DNA of 63,244 nt, the filler included. It is 4 parts of 4 records of this genome, joined end to end, with 100 filler letters (N's around TTAATTAATTAA, not from the genome) between each part and the next. Parts side by side here need not be neighbours in the genome. Positions count along the whole stretch, not along the records: positions 24,420 to 48,543 come from SRR31156797_1055; positions 48,644 to 56,606 come from SRR31156797_1066; 2 more parts are not named here. One strand, 5' to 3'. Position 1 is the first letter of the stretch. The number at the start of each line of letters is the position of its first letter. The notes beneath the pieces are model-generated. The model was not told the DNA's origin, made no database searches, and was given only the letters and a program-made list of their open reading frames with translations. Positions 41,528 through 52,100 of this stretch are shown piece by piece. The translations under genes were made by a program, and so were the position numbers.

Positions 41528-43519
41528 ATGAGCCTTGTCACCGCCATCAAAATCTCCCTCAATTTCGTTGAACGACAGATTTTCAACCAGATAGGGCTGC
41601 AGATCAATCCCGGGGACCGAATCGGTCTGGTGGGTCCCAATGGATCCGGAAAAACCACCCTGCTTCGAATCATTATGGGCGAAATCACACCCGATGATGG
41701 GGAAGTCAAAATCGCCAGAAATTCCCGTATGGGGTATCTCGCTCAGGATGTTCAGGAAACCGTATCGGGGTCCCTGCTTCAATCGGTCCTCAGTGCCGTA
41801 CCCCAACGACTGAAGCTGGAAAAAGACCTTAACCATGCTGAACACGCCCTTGAAAAAGCGACCGATGAACCGGGTCAGATCACCCTTGGCAAACGGATTG
41901 CCGACTTACACCAGGAGATCAACCGCCTGAATCTGGATTTCCCCCATCACGAGGCGGAAAAGATCCTGCTGGGCTTAGGCTTTGGCGTACCGGATTTCCA
42001 GAAGCCGGTGTCGGAGCTGAGCGGCGGCTGGAAAATGCGGGCGGCTTTAGCAAGGCTCCTGTATCAAAAGCCCGACCTGCTCCTTTTGGACGAACCCACC
42101 AATCACCTGGACATGCCGTCCGTAAGGTGGCTGGAAACCTTTCTTCAGGGCTTTAAGGGCGCCATGATCCTGGTCTCCCATGACAGGGAATTTTTGAACC
42201 GTCAAATCCATCGCATTATTTCATTTGAGACGGAGGGCATGCGGAGCTACAGCGGCAACTATGACTTCTACCTGAAAGCCCGCCGGGAAGAGGTCAGATC
42301 CCTTGAGAACAAAGCCCGAAACCAGGAGCAGAAGGTCAAAGACGCACAGAAATTCATTGAACGATTCAGGTCCAAGGCCAACAAAGCCCGCCAGGCCCAG
42401 AGCAAAATCAAGCTGGTGGAAAAGATGGAGCTGATTCAGACACACCGCAAGGAAAAGGCCATCCGTTTTTCCTTCCCCCCCATCCCTCGAAGCGGAGATG
42501 AAGTGGTTGCCATTCGGGATGTGTCCAAATGGTTCGGCGACAACATTTTATACGAACATCTCAACCTGAGGGTGACCCGGGGCGAAAGGATCGCCATTAT
42601 CGGTCCCAACGGCTGCGGAAAAACCACCCTGCTTCGGGCCGTGGCGGGTGAACTCACACCGGATCAGGGAAAAATTGTTTTGGGACACCAGGTCAATATC
42701 GCCTATTTTGCCCAGCACCATTCGGATCTGCTCAACCCTCAAAAAACGGTGGTGGAGGAAGTCTATCAGTCGGTACCGGACGCAAGCATCGGATTTGTCA
42801 GATCGGTCTGTGGGGCCTTTCTTTTTTCGGGCAACGATGTGGACAAACCCATCAGCGTCCTTTCCGGCGGAGAACGGGCCAGGGTGTCGCTAGCGAAACT
42901 TCTTGTGAAACCGGGTAATTTCATGCTCATGGATGAACCCACCAACCACCTTGATATCGAAAGCTCGGAAACCCTCATCGATGCCTTATGGGGATACGGC
43001 GGAACACTTCTTTTCGTCTCTCACAATCAATCCTTTGTCAATCGCCTGGCCACAAAGATCTGGGACATCCGAGGCCGGGAAATGATTGAATACCCCGGCA
43101 CCCTGAAAGAGTACTATCAGCATCTTGCCGACACCGAAGGGGATATTCACCCGGAAGCGGCGAATCCCCCAAAAAGGTCCAAAGCAACCTCCCATACCGC
43201 AGACCTTTCAGGCAAAAAAAACCGTAATCGAAAGAGGGATAAGCGAAAAGAGGCTGAACAGAGGCAGCGGATTCACAATATCCTGTCACCCATCCGAAAG
43301 GAGCTTGAACAAACCGAAAATGCCATCTCCAAACTGGAAACCCGGCAGAAAGAGGTGGAAACCTTCCTTGCCGATCCCAACTTTTTTGAAGACAGCGTCA
43401 AAAGCGTACCGCTTTTGGCTGAATATAAAGAAGTGACCACCCGACTGGAAAGTCTGCTTGAAAAATGGGAAGGATGCCATGACAAAATGGAATCCGCAAA
43501 AATAGCCTTGGGAATTTAG
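41528..43519 (+). CDS. ABC-F family ATPase
   Basis: Two GPNGxGKT Walker A motifs, LSGG signatures, DEPTNHLD twice, no TMs, C-terminal coiled coil. Confidence 0.95.
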   Translation: MSLVTAIKISLNFVERQIFNQIGLQINPGDRIGLVGPNGSGKTTLLRIIMGEITPDDGEVKIARNSRMGYLAQDVQETVSGSLLQSVLSAVPQRLKLEKDLNHAEHALEKATDEPGQITLGKRIADLHQEINRLNLDFPHHEAEKILLGLGFGVPDFQKPVSELSGGWKMRAALARLLYQKPDLLLLDEPTNHLDMPSVRWLETFLQGFKGAMILVSHDREFLNRQIHRIISFETEGMRSYSGNYDFYLKARREEVRSLENKARNQEQKVKDAQKFIERFRSKANKARQAQSKIKLVEKMELIQTHRKEKAIRFSFPPIPRSGDEVVAIRDVSKWFGDNILYEHLNLRVTRGERIAIIGPNGCGKTTLLRAVAGELTPDQGKIVLGHQVNIAYFAQHHSDLLNPQKTVVEEVYQSVPDASIGFVRSVCGAFLFSGNDVDKPISVLSGGERARVSLAKLLVKPGNFMLMDEPTNHLDIESSETLIDALWGYGGTLLFVSHNQSFVNRLATKIWDIRGREMIEYPGTLKEYYQHLADTEGDIHPEAANPPKRSKATSHTADLSGKKNRNRKRDKRKEAEQRQRIHNILSPIRKELEQTENAISKLETRQKEVETFLADPNFFEDSVKSVPLLAEYKEVTTRLESLLEKWEGCHDKMESAKIALGI

Positions 43520-43531
43520 GAGTATGATAAA

Positions 43532-43897
43532 ATGGATGTAAAGGAAGAACATAAGTCTCTGTTGAAAAAATTGGGACTCAAGGATGAAGATTTTGAACGT
43601 TTTGACGGGGAATTTGTTCGCTACGAATATGACGATCAAAAAGGCGTCAGGATTTATGACCCCTATTACGAAACCTCTTATGACGAATATATCGGAATCG
43701 ACGGATGGAGCGCCTGGAGTGTGGAAAATGATACCTTCATGAGCGATGTCATGAAAAAAACCCATGAGCAGATTCAAATGACCATGACGGATCGGCCCAA
43801 GGCGACCGATGAAGATATCAAGGAGGCCCTTGAGAAAAAATTCGGAAAGAAAAAAACCTCCCGTGAGCCATCCGCTGAAAAGCAGCCAACAAAGTGA
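43532..43897 (+). CDS. Hypothetical acidic/aromatic-rich protein
   Basis: AGGAG SD; stop overlaps the helicase GTG (GTGA); no family recognised. Confidence 0.7.
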   Translation: MDVKEEHKSLLKKLGLKDEDFERFDGEFVRYEYDDQKGVRIYDPYYETSYDEYIGIDGWSAWSVENDTFMSDVMKKTHEQIQMTMTDRPKATDEDIKEALEKKFGKKKTSREPSAEKQPTK

Positions 43898-46821
43898 ACC
43901 TTTTCCGATTCGTCGACACCTTGAAGGGTCATGCCGATTTCGGCCGGGCCTTTGTATTCCAGCATTTCATTCCCGCCCGTGAGGCGGAGTACGGAACAAC
44001 GCCTAGGTTTCATGCCGATATTCAAAAAGCCATGGACGGCTTGAAAATCGATCGGCTCTACACCCACCAGATCGAAGCCATCCACCATCTGAGGGCCGGG
44101 AAAAACGTCCTGGTGTCCACGGAAACCGCCAGCGGAAAGACCCTTGTTTATACCCTCTCGGTTCTGGAAAAGATTCTTCAAAACCATCATGCCAAGGCTC
44201 TTTTTCTCTTCCCCTTAAAGGCCCTGGAACATGATCAACTTAAAAACCTTTCAATATGGCTTGAGCAAATTGAAAGCCGCCAAATCCATGCCGCCATCTA
44301 CGATGGCGACACCACGCCCCACCAGCGAAAACAGATCCGCCGAAAACCGCCCCACATCCTTTTCACCAATCCCGACATGTTACACCGGGGCATATTGCCG
44401 AACCATGAAACTTGGGAAAACCTGTTTAAAGACCTCTCGTTCGTGGTTCTGGACGAGGTCCACACCTACCGGGGCATCTTCGGAAGTCACCTGAGCCAGA
44501 TTATCAGACGGCTGCGCCGCATTTGCCGTTTCCACGGGGCCGATCCCCAGTTTGTGCTGCTCTCCGCCACCGTCGCCAATCCTGAAACATTCGGAAAAGA
44601 CCTTATCCAGCAGGAAATTGAAGTGGTCCAATCCACCGGTGCCCCGAAATCCGGGCAGCACGTGGTGTTCCTCAATCCCGAAGGGAGTCCCAACTTCTCC
44701 TCCGCCAGGCTTTTTACCGAATGTGTCCACAAGGGCTTTCGCACCATTGTCTTTGCCCAGGCCAGAAAGGTCACGGAACTCATTCATCTCTGGGTCAATC
44801 AGCTGACCCCCGCCATCCGCCATAAAATCAGCTCCTATCGTGCGGGGTTTCTACCCGAGGAAAGACGGCGCATTGAGCGGCGGCTGGCCCAGGGCGACCT
44901 TCTGGGGGTGGTATCCACCAGTGCCCTGGAACTGGGCATCGACATCGGATACTTGGACATCTGCCTTTTGGTGGGATACCCGGGCACCATCATCAACACC
45001 TGGCAGCGGGGAGGCCGCGTGGGCCGATCCGGCAGGGAATCCATGATTCTCCTGGTGGCAAAACCCGACGCCCTGGATCAGTATTTCATGAAACATCCCC
45101 ATGAACTCTTTGAAAGATCCTTTGAAGCCGCCATCCTGGATCCGGAAAACCCCTACGTGGTCAAAGATCACCTGGTATGCGCCGCGGCGGAGCTGTCCAT
45201 CACCCGAAAAGACGAGAGCTTCTGGACCCGGGACCTGTTCACCCTCCTGGACCGGCTGGAAAAAGATGGGCGTCTGAGTCGCACCGCAGAAGGGAAACCC
45301 ATGTGGTTTTCAACCCGGCGGAACCCCCAGCTCTCCGTCAACATCCGCTCTTCCGGTGAAACCTTCACCATTTTCGAACGTGAAACCGGCCAGGCCATCG
45401 GAACCGTGGACGGTTTCAAGGCATTCAAGGAATGCCATCCCGGTGCCATCTACCTGCACCGGGCCCGTCAATATGAGGTGGAACACCTGTTTTTGGACAA
45501 AAAGGACGTGGTGGTTCGGCAATCCAAATTGAATTACTTCACCCGGGCCCGAAGTGAAAAAGAAACGGAAATCATCAAGGTGCATCAGAGCCGGCCAAAG
45601 GGACAGTTCATCGTGCGGGAGGGGATCCTCAAGGTGACCGAAACCATCACCGGTTATGAAAAGCGATCCATTCCCGGACAGGGGCTCATGGGGGTTTTCC
45701 CCCTGGATGATCTTCCCCCCCGGATCTTTGAAACCTCCGGCTTCTGGGTGGAAATCGAGCCGATCCTCAAGGGCTTTGTGGAAAAAAAAGGGTTTCACTT
45801 CATGGGCGGCATCCATGCCATCGAACACGCCGCCATCGGCATCTTCCCCCTCTTTGCCCTGTGCGATCGAAACGATATGGGCGGTATATGCTACCCCCAC
45901 CACCCCCAGGTGGGAAAATCCGCCATCTTCATCTACGATGCCTATCCCGGCGGGGTAGGACTGGCCCGGCGGGGATTTGAAACCATCCCGGAACTCCTTC
46001 AAAAGACCCTGGAACTCCTCAAAAGCTGTGAGTGTGAGGACGGGTGCCCCTCCTGCATCCATTCCCCCAAGTGCGGTTCCGGCAACAAACCCCTTGACAA
46101 GGCGGCGGCCCAACTGATCCTTGAAGGCCTTCTGGGGCACATTCCCTTCAGCGACATGGCCGACCATACGGACGCAGCGGAGCCCGCACCGGTTTTTCAA
46201 GAGAAGGCCACGGAAGAAGAAAAACCCGAAGGCCCCCGAATACTCTTTTTCGACCTTGAAACCCAGAAAACCGCACAGGATGTGGGGGGATGGGGTAACA
46301 GCCACCTCATGAGAATTTCGGTGGCGGTTCTGTTTGACAACCTGGAAAACCGGTTCCTGACCTTTGAGGAAGACCGCATCGGAGACCTCATCAATCATCT
46401 CAAAAAAGGGGATCTGATCGTGGGGTTCAATATCATGGGATTTGATTACAAGGTCCTGGGAGCCTATACCGAAGTGGATTTAAAGACCCTCCCCACTTTT
46501 GACATCCTGGCGGATATTCATCAAAGGCTCGGTTTCAGGCTGGGGCTGGATCACCTGGCCACGGAAACCCTCGGTACCGGAAAATCCGCCCATGGCCTTC
46601 AGGCGGTGGAATGGTTCCGCCAGGGGGAAATGGAAAAGCTTTCCGACTACTGCCGTCAAGACGTTAAAGCCACCCGGGACCTGTTCCAATACGGGCTTCA
46701 AAACGGCCATATTATCTACAAAAAAAAAGGGGTGGATGCCCGACTGAGACTGCTGGTGGATTGGAATCTGGACCAGTTGATCAAACAATACAGAGATAGG
46801 ATAGACAATGAAAGCCTTTGA
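43894..46821 (+). CDS. DEAD/DEAH helicase with DUF1998 (MrfA/Hrq1-like) fused to a YprB/MrfB-like DEDD exonuclease
   Basis: TASGKT, DEVH, SAT, TSALELGID and QRGGRVGR; DUF1998 YDAYPGGVG...CECEDGCPSC; C-terminal FDLET, GFNIMGFD, YCRQDV. Confidence 0.9.
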   Translation: MNLFRFVDTLKGHADFGRAFVFQHFIPAREAEYGTTPRFHADIQKAMDGLKIDRLYTHQIEAIHHLRAGKNVLVSTETASGKTLVYTLSVLEKILQNHHAKALFLFPLKALEHDQLKNLSIWLEQIESRQIHAAIYDGDTTPHQRKQIRRKPPHILFTNPDMLHRGILPNHETWENLFKDLSFVVLDEVHTYRGIFGSHLSQIIRRLRRICRFHGADPQFVLLSATVANPETFGKDLIQQEIEVVQSTGAPKSGQHVVFLNPEGSPNFSSARLFTECVHKGFRTIVFAQARKVTELIHLWVNQLTPAIRHKISSYRAGFLPEERRRIERRLAQGDLLGVVSTSALELGIDIGYLDICLLVGYPGTIINTWQRGGRVGRSGRESMILLVAKPDALDQYFMKHPHELFERSFEAAILDPENPYVVKDHLVCAAAELSITRKDESFWTRDLFTLLDRLEKDGRLSRTAEGKPMWFSTRRNPQLSVNIRSSGETFTIFERETGQAIGTVDGFKAFKECHPGAIYLHRARQYEVEHLFLDKKDVVVRQSKLNYFTRARSEKETEIIKVHQSRPKGQFIVREGILKVTETITGYEKRSIPGQGLMGVFPLDDLPPRIFETSGFWVEIEPILKGFVEKKGFHFMGGIHAIEHAAIGIFPLFALCDRNDMGGICYPHHPQVGKSAIFIYDAYPGGVGLARRGFETIPELLQKTLELLKSCECEDGCPSCIHSPKCGSGNKPLDKAAAQLILEGLLGHIPFSDMADHTDAAEPAPVFQEKATEEEKPEGPRILFFDLETQKTAQDVGGWGNSHLMRISVAVLFDNLENRFLTFEEDRIGDLINHLKKGDLIVGFNIMGFDYKVLGAYTEVDLKTLPTFDILADIHQRLGFRLGLDHLATETLGTGKSAHGLQAVEWFRQGEMEKLSDYCRQDVKATRDLFQYGLQNGHIIYKKKGVDARLRLLVDWNLDQLIKQYRDRIDNESL

Positions 46822-47194
46822 ATGTAAAATGTGTGGGGAATGCTGCTATGGTGTAGGGGGCATCTTCATGGAAACAGACGAACAGAAAAGGATCGCGGAA
46901 TACCTGGGTCTGAAACTTGAAGATTTCCTGAAAGGTTACACCGAAAAACGGAATGGCCGCATCTATGCCGGAGTGGGTTCGGATAATTTCTGCATTTTTT
47001 TCAAAAATAAAAAAGGGTGTACCATTCACCCCGTAAAACCGGCCCGTTGCGAACTCTGGCCCTACTTCCCGGCAAACGTTGCGGACAAAGAGACATGGGA
47101 CGTTGCCAAACTGGCATGCCGGGGAATTAATCGAGACTGCTCTTTTGAGGATTTCGTAAGGGAATCTCCAAACGGTGGAACCATCAAAAAGTGA
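46808..47194 (+). CDS. YkgJ-family cysteine cluster protein (CxxCxxCC)
   Basis: FECKMCGECC, CIFF...GCTIHPVKP..C..WP. Confidence 0.88.
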   Translation: MKAFECKMCGECCYGVGGIFMETDEQKRIAEYLGLKLEDFLKGYTEKRNGRIYAGVGSDNFCIFFKNKKGCTIHPVKPARCELWPYFPANVADKETWDVAKLACRGINRDCSFEDFVRESPNGGTIKK

Positions 47195-47931
47195 CCCCTT
47201 TAAAACAGCTCGCCCAAATCATCTTTCCACCGCGGTGTGTTATCTGCGGAGATTTCCTATGGCGGGCCCCTTTTGATACGGGAGACGTCCCGGATTCAAT
47301 ATGCCATGACTGCACCTCGGACTTCAACCCCATTGAGGCACCTTTCTGCACCGTCTGCGGCATGCCCTTCGGCTCAAACGGAATTGAAAATCACCCTTGT
47401 GAGGACTGCCTTCGGACAAAACCGTTTTTTCAAGCGGCTTACGCACCGTATCGTTATGAAGGATCCGTTCTTGAGGCGGTTCACAGGCTCAAATACGGCC
47501 GGAAAACCTTTGTGGCCGATGCGGTGGGGCCGTTTCTGGCCGAATTCGTAAAAACCCGATGCCGCCCCCCTGAACCATTTTTAATCATGCCCGTTCCGCT
47601 TCATCCCAAACGACTTCGGGAGCGGGGATTCAACCAGAGCCTGTTGCTGGCAAGACAGATTGCCCTCAGATTGAACGGGCAACTCGATTTTTTCTCACTC
47701 ATCAGACCCAAATACACGACCCCTCAAACAACACTGTCTAAAAAGGAACGGCAGAAAAATGTTCAAAACGCATTTCGTCTCAACCCCCCCCATGCGGTCG
47801 GCAAAAAGAACATTCTTCTGGTGGACGACGTTGCCACCACCGGCAATACCCTGAACGAATGTGCCAGGGTTCTGAAATCAGGCGGCGCCGAGGCTGTTTT
47901 TTGTGTCACACTGGCAAAAGCGGTGGTCTAA
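47191..47931 (+). CDS. comF: ComF family (double zinc ribbon + phosphoribosyltransferase)
   Basis: FPPRCVIC, CxxC pairs, PVPLH.KRLRERGFNQS, LLVDDVATTG. Confidence 0.92.
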   Translation: MTPLKQLAQIIFPPRCVICGDFLWRAPFDTGDVPDSICHDCTSDFNPIEAPFCTVCGMPFGSNGIENHPCEDCLRTKPFFQAAYAPYRYEGSVLEAVHRLKYGRKTFVADAVGPFLAEFVKTRCRPPEPFLIMPVPLHPKRLRERGFNQSLLLARQIALRLNGQLDFFSLIRPKYTTPQTTLSKKERQKNVQNAFRLNPPHAVGKKNILLVDDVATTGNTLNECARVLKSGGAEAVFCVTLAKAVV

Positions 47932-47953
47932 TCTTTTGGAACAAGGAGCTGTA

Positions 47954-48442
47954 ATGGCGTCGTATCTCAAAAAAATATGCACCCTTGAGGAAGCCGAAAC
48001 AAACTGTGATGCACTTAAGAATTCAGGGAAGCGGATCGTGTTCACCAACGGCTGTTTCGATATCCTGCATCCCGGACACGCTCGCTACCTGTCCTCCGCC
48101 AGAGACCTGGGGGATTATTTGATCGTGGCCCTCAACAGCGATCGTTCCGTCCGGTCCATCAAGGGGACTAAAAGGCCCATTTTCCCGGAAAAAATGAGGG
48201 CGGAACTGCTGGCGGCCCTTGAGTGTGTGGACGGTGTCCTGATCTTTGAAGAGGACAATCCTTTACGGGTCATCAAATCCCTCCTTCCCCACATCCTGGT
48301 AAAGGGCGGGGACTGGCAGGAAAACCGGATCATCGGGGCGGATGTGGTAAAGGCGGCAGGGGGACAGGTTCGAAGGATCCCCTTTGTCACCGGCTATTCA
48401 ACCACCCACATCATTGATGAAATCGTCCGTCGATACACCTGA
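47954..48442 (+). CDS. rfaE2: D-glycero-beta-D-manno-heptose 1-phosphate adenylyltransferase
   Basis: VFTNGCFDILHPGH, LNSDRSV, LVKGGDW, GYSTT; AAGGAG SD before the ATG at 47954. Confidence 0.92.
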   Translation: MASYLKKICTLEEAETNCDALKNSGKRIVFTNGCFDILHPGHARYLSSARDLGDYLIVALNSDRSVRSIKGTKRPIFPEKMRAELLAALECVDGVLIFEEDNPLRVIKSLLPHILVKGGDWQENRIIGADVVKAAGGQVRRIPFVTGYSTTHIIDEIVRRYT

Positions 48443-48469
48443 AAATATTTTTTTTTATCCACTCAGAGG

Positions 48470-48498
48470 TTGCCAGATGGAACGAACTCTGTTATATA
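48470..48498 (+). promoter_or_regulatory. Sigma70-type promoter for the tRNA gene
   Basis: TTGCCA-17 bp-TATATA directly upstream of the tRNA 5' end. Confidence 0.6.
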
Positions 48499-48513
48499 GC
48501 TTCTTTCTCCATT

Positions 48514-48543
48514 GCGCCCATAGCTCAGCTGGATAGAGTGACG
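48514..48543 (+). tRNA. 5' fragment of a tRNA, probably tRNA-Arg (cut by contig end)
   Basis: GCGCCCATAGCTCAGCTGGATAGAGTGACG gives acceptor strand + D-arm typical of tRNA-Arg; anticodon not visible. Confidence 0.8.
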
Positions 48544-48643
48544 NNNNNNNNNNNNNNNNNNNNNNNNNNNNNNNNNNNNNNNNNNNNTTAATTAATTAAN
48601 NNNNNNNNNNNNNNNNNNNNNNNNNNNNNNNNNNNNNNNNNNN
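48544..48643. other. Artificial contig linker
   Basis: 44 N + TTAATTAATTAA + 44 N. Confidence 0.98.
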
Positions 48644-49115
48644 GTTCGTGGCCCAACTGCTTAAAAATTCCGGGTTTCTGGAGTAAAGAGCAATTTTCTT
48701 AAACACTGTAAACCAAAAGGTAAAAGAACCGACCAAAAATAAAATGTTAAAAAAACCACCAAAATCATGACAAAACACTGCCATGAGGAACGGTAATAAC
48801 AAAGAGGCTTCTGAAAATGTATGGAAAAAGCCAACGATAAATGAATAATGAATGCAAAACCTACATACGTGTTTCTTGTCAAATTTTTATGCCTTTTACT
48901 GAAGAGGGTTAAACCACCAGTGTTGTTTAGGCAATTAAAAAGCAAAGATCATTTGTGCTGTGTTTGGTTTAAATTCACTACAGAAGAGATAAAACCGGAG
49001 CAACCAGCTAAGAATAATTTTATAGTTGGCTTTTCCCGGTTGTTGTTTCCTCCTTAAAATATTTGCCTATCCAAGCTTATTTTCAACATATTATTAATAA
49101 ATAAAATCAAACTCA

Positions 49116-52100
49116 ATGAAAACATTATCAATAGAACAAATTTTTATTATAGTACTACTGCTACTCTGTCCAGTTGTGTTAATATCCCAGGATTACGAGG
49201 AGGGACAACTCTATGTCTGTGTTGCCGATGAGGATGGAATTCCTGATTTCATCGACCTTGGAGGCGATTCTGTACTGGTCCAAATGGACAATACCGATTT
49301 AGAAAACTATTTTAACCAATATGGCGTTTATAGTTTTGAAAGATCATTCCCTATTGTTGATTCCTTTCCAAATACTTACAAATATGATCTTGATAAAGTA
49401 TATACATTGAAATGTTCTGGTGATGAAGAACAGTTAATGCAATCGATACAAATTCAGGAAGATGGGATGTATAGTTATGTGGAACAGATACCTGTAAATT
49501 ATCCAGTTCATACTCCTGATGATTATCATTTGTTGGATGCTACACTTGGAACTAACTGGGCGCTAGATTTAATAAATGCTGAACAAGCATGGAACTATAC
49601 CCAGGGTGATCCGGATATCCTCATAGGGATATCTGATATTGGCTATCTGACAACACATCCTGATTTAGTAAATAAATTGACCATGGTAAATACTCCAGGC
49701 ACGCCTTATGTACATGGTACGGCAGTTGCAGGATGTGCCGCTGCTGAAACGAATAACGGTATTGGGACCACCTCAATTGGTTATGACTGTTCACTCTTGT
49801 TATATGATTCGTATAATCAAGTTAGTAAGATTTGGCCTGGGCTATTTGCTCTTGCGAACGAAGGGGCAAAAGTCATTAATGCAAGTTTTGCAAGTATCAA
49901 TTATTCTGAAACCGAGCAGAGAGGCATTTACCTAATGCGTGATAACGGAATACTGGTTATCGCTAGTGCAGGAAATGGCACAGAATCCGGTATGCCACAA
50001 TGGCCGGAAAATGCTTATCGATACCCTGCATCATATGATGGTGTAATAAGCGTGACCAGTGTATATCAGAACGATTCACACCTACTGCCAGGTGGGTCTG
50101 TACACACGCACAATGATAAAGTTGATGTTTGTGCGCCAGGATATAATGTAATTACGACGCAATTCGACAACAATTATCAACCGACATATGCATATGCATC
50201 AGGCACATCATTTGCCTCCCCAATCACAGCAGGTCTTGCAGGTTTAGTTTACTCGTTATTACCTGATGCTCCTCCTGCCCTTACAGAAGCAATTATCGAA
50301 CTAACCTGTGATAATATTGATAACGTAAATCCCAGTTATGCAGGATTGCTTGGAAACGGAAGAATTAATGCTTACCTTGCAACACAGAAAGCATGGAATA
50401 TAGCGAATACAACTGCTCAAAACATTGTTGTAGGCAACGGACAAAACATTACCCTTGCCGGTGCCGATGGCATTAGAGTAATTGATGGTTATATAAAAGT
50501 TGAAACTGGTGGAACATTAACAATTAAATCAAAGGTATTCTTTAAAGAAAGTGCTAAAATCATTGTGGAAGGAGGAGCAAACCTGATTATTGATGGAGGT
50601 ACTTTATCAACATATGATAATTCCTACCTTTGGGAGGGGATTGAACTTGGGGGAGATGTAAACGAAAATCAGTTCTCAGGAGCGCAGGGAAAAATTGAAT
50701 TAAAAAACAATGCAAGGATTGAATATGCAAAAGCTGCAATTAAAACGTACAGAATAGTCAATCCATTTTTAAGAACGTATAGTGGTGGGATCATTTTTGC
50801 AGAAAATTCTACATTTTACAACAATACTGTTGCAATCGACATGCGTCCATATGAAAACCACCACCCAGTTAGTGGAAATGTGCATGATAATCTGAGCTAT
50901 TTCGATAATATCAAGTTTATTAATTCAGAATATTTTTACGAAACCTTCGCAAATGACGCTTTCGTAAAAATCTCAGGTATCAGAGGCGTACCATTCAGAG
51001 GCTGTGAGTTTAAAAATTTCTTTGGCCTTCATTTCTCACAGGAAGAATTTACTTCTGATTTGGGGTATGGTATTTACAGCACAAACTCAAGTTTTATTGT
51101 AGATCAAATTTGTGTAGATGAGTTCTTACCATGCACAAACTTTAAGCCTTCCATGTTTAATACACTATTTTGTGGAATTTATGCCATTAATACTGTGTCT
51201 GACAAATCGTTTTCTGTAAGAAATTCCCATTTTGGTTCTGATGAGGGTTTTAGCTACCCTGATATTCCAGGCATTTTGAAGGGTGTATATGCATCAGGAA
51301 TTGATAATATTGTTATTTCAGATAACGAATTCGAGCTTCCTTATAATTATTCATCCTCATCGTATGGAATTTACATGGATAATTGCACAGACTTTATTGT
51401 TACAAATAATCTAATGACATTGACAGGCCTATTCCCATTTTTCCCTGATATGTTAGATTCTAGAGGGATAATAATCAACAATTCAGGACCAACAAACAAT
51501 GAAATATACAGAAATACATTTGAGGATTTAAACTACGGCATTCAACCACAGAATGAAAACAGAGGCCCCAGGACTGCAAGTGGTTTACAACTTAAATGCA
51601 ACAATTTTGATAATTGTGTTTATGATATTTCAGTTCTTATCGATGAAAGTGTTACATACGAGGGAATTGCCTCGATACAGGGAACAGTATCCGATCCTGC
51701 AGGTAACCTCTTTTCAGAATGGAACGACAATGAATACCATATTTATAATGAAGGGGATCCAATATCGTATATTTATCACAACAACTATCTTAGTCATCCA
51801 GTCAGGCCAGAAAATAATAGTGCGAATGTTGCAACATCTCCTGGTACCGTAGCATATTTACCAGGAACCAGCTGCCCGAATTTATCAGGTGGTAGTGAGT
51901 CTGGTGAAGAATTACTGGCGCAATATGGGCAGATAAGCAGTGATCTCAATATCCTGGATCAAAATTACAGCATTATGCTTGATAATGGAAACACCTTCTT
52001 GTTAGAAAGCCAGGTAGAATCTACAGTAGCATCAACAGCACAACAAACAAAAACTGAGCTATTGAATGTTTCGCCGTATGTGTCTGAAACAGTAATTAAT

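Noticed and set aside
45310-46398. 362-aa antisense ORF and the many other overlapping ORFs in contig 2
   Set aside because: Shadow ORFs opposite well-supported genes in higher-GC DNA, with no recognisable motifs.
43894-46821. DUF1998 helicase as DISARM/Druantia anti-phage component
   Set aside because: No drmA/C, methylase or other defence genes nearby; the housekeeping context and exonuclease fusion fit MrfAB-type repair.
48644-49115. Short ORFs upstream of the subtilase
   Set aside because: AT-rich with no coherent protein features; treated as non-coding leader.
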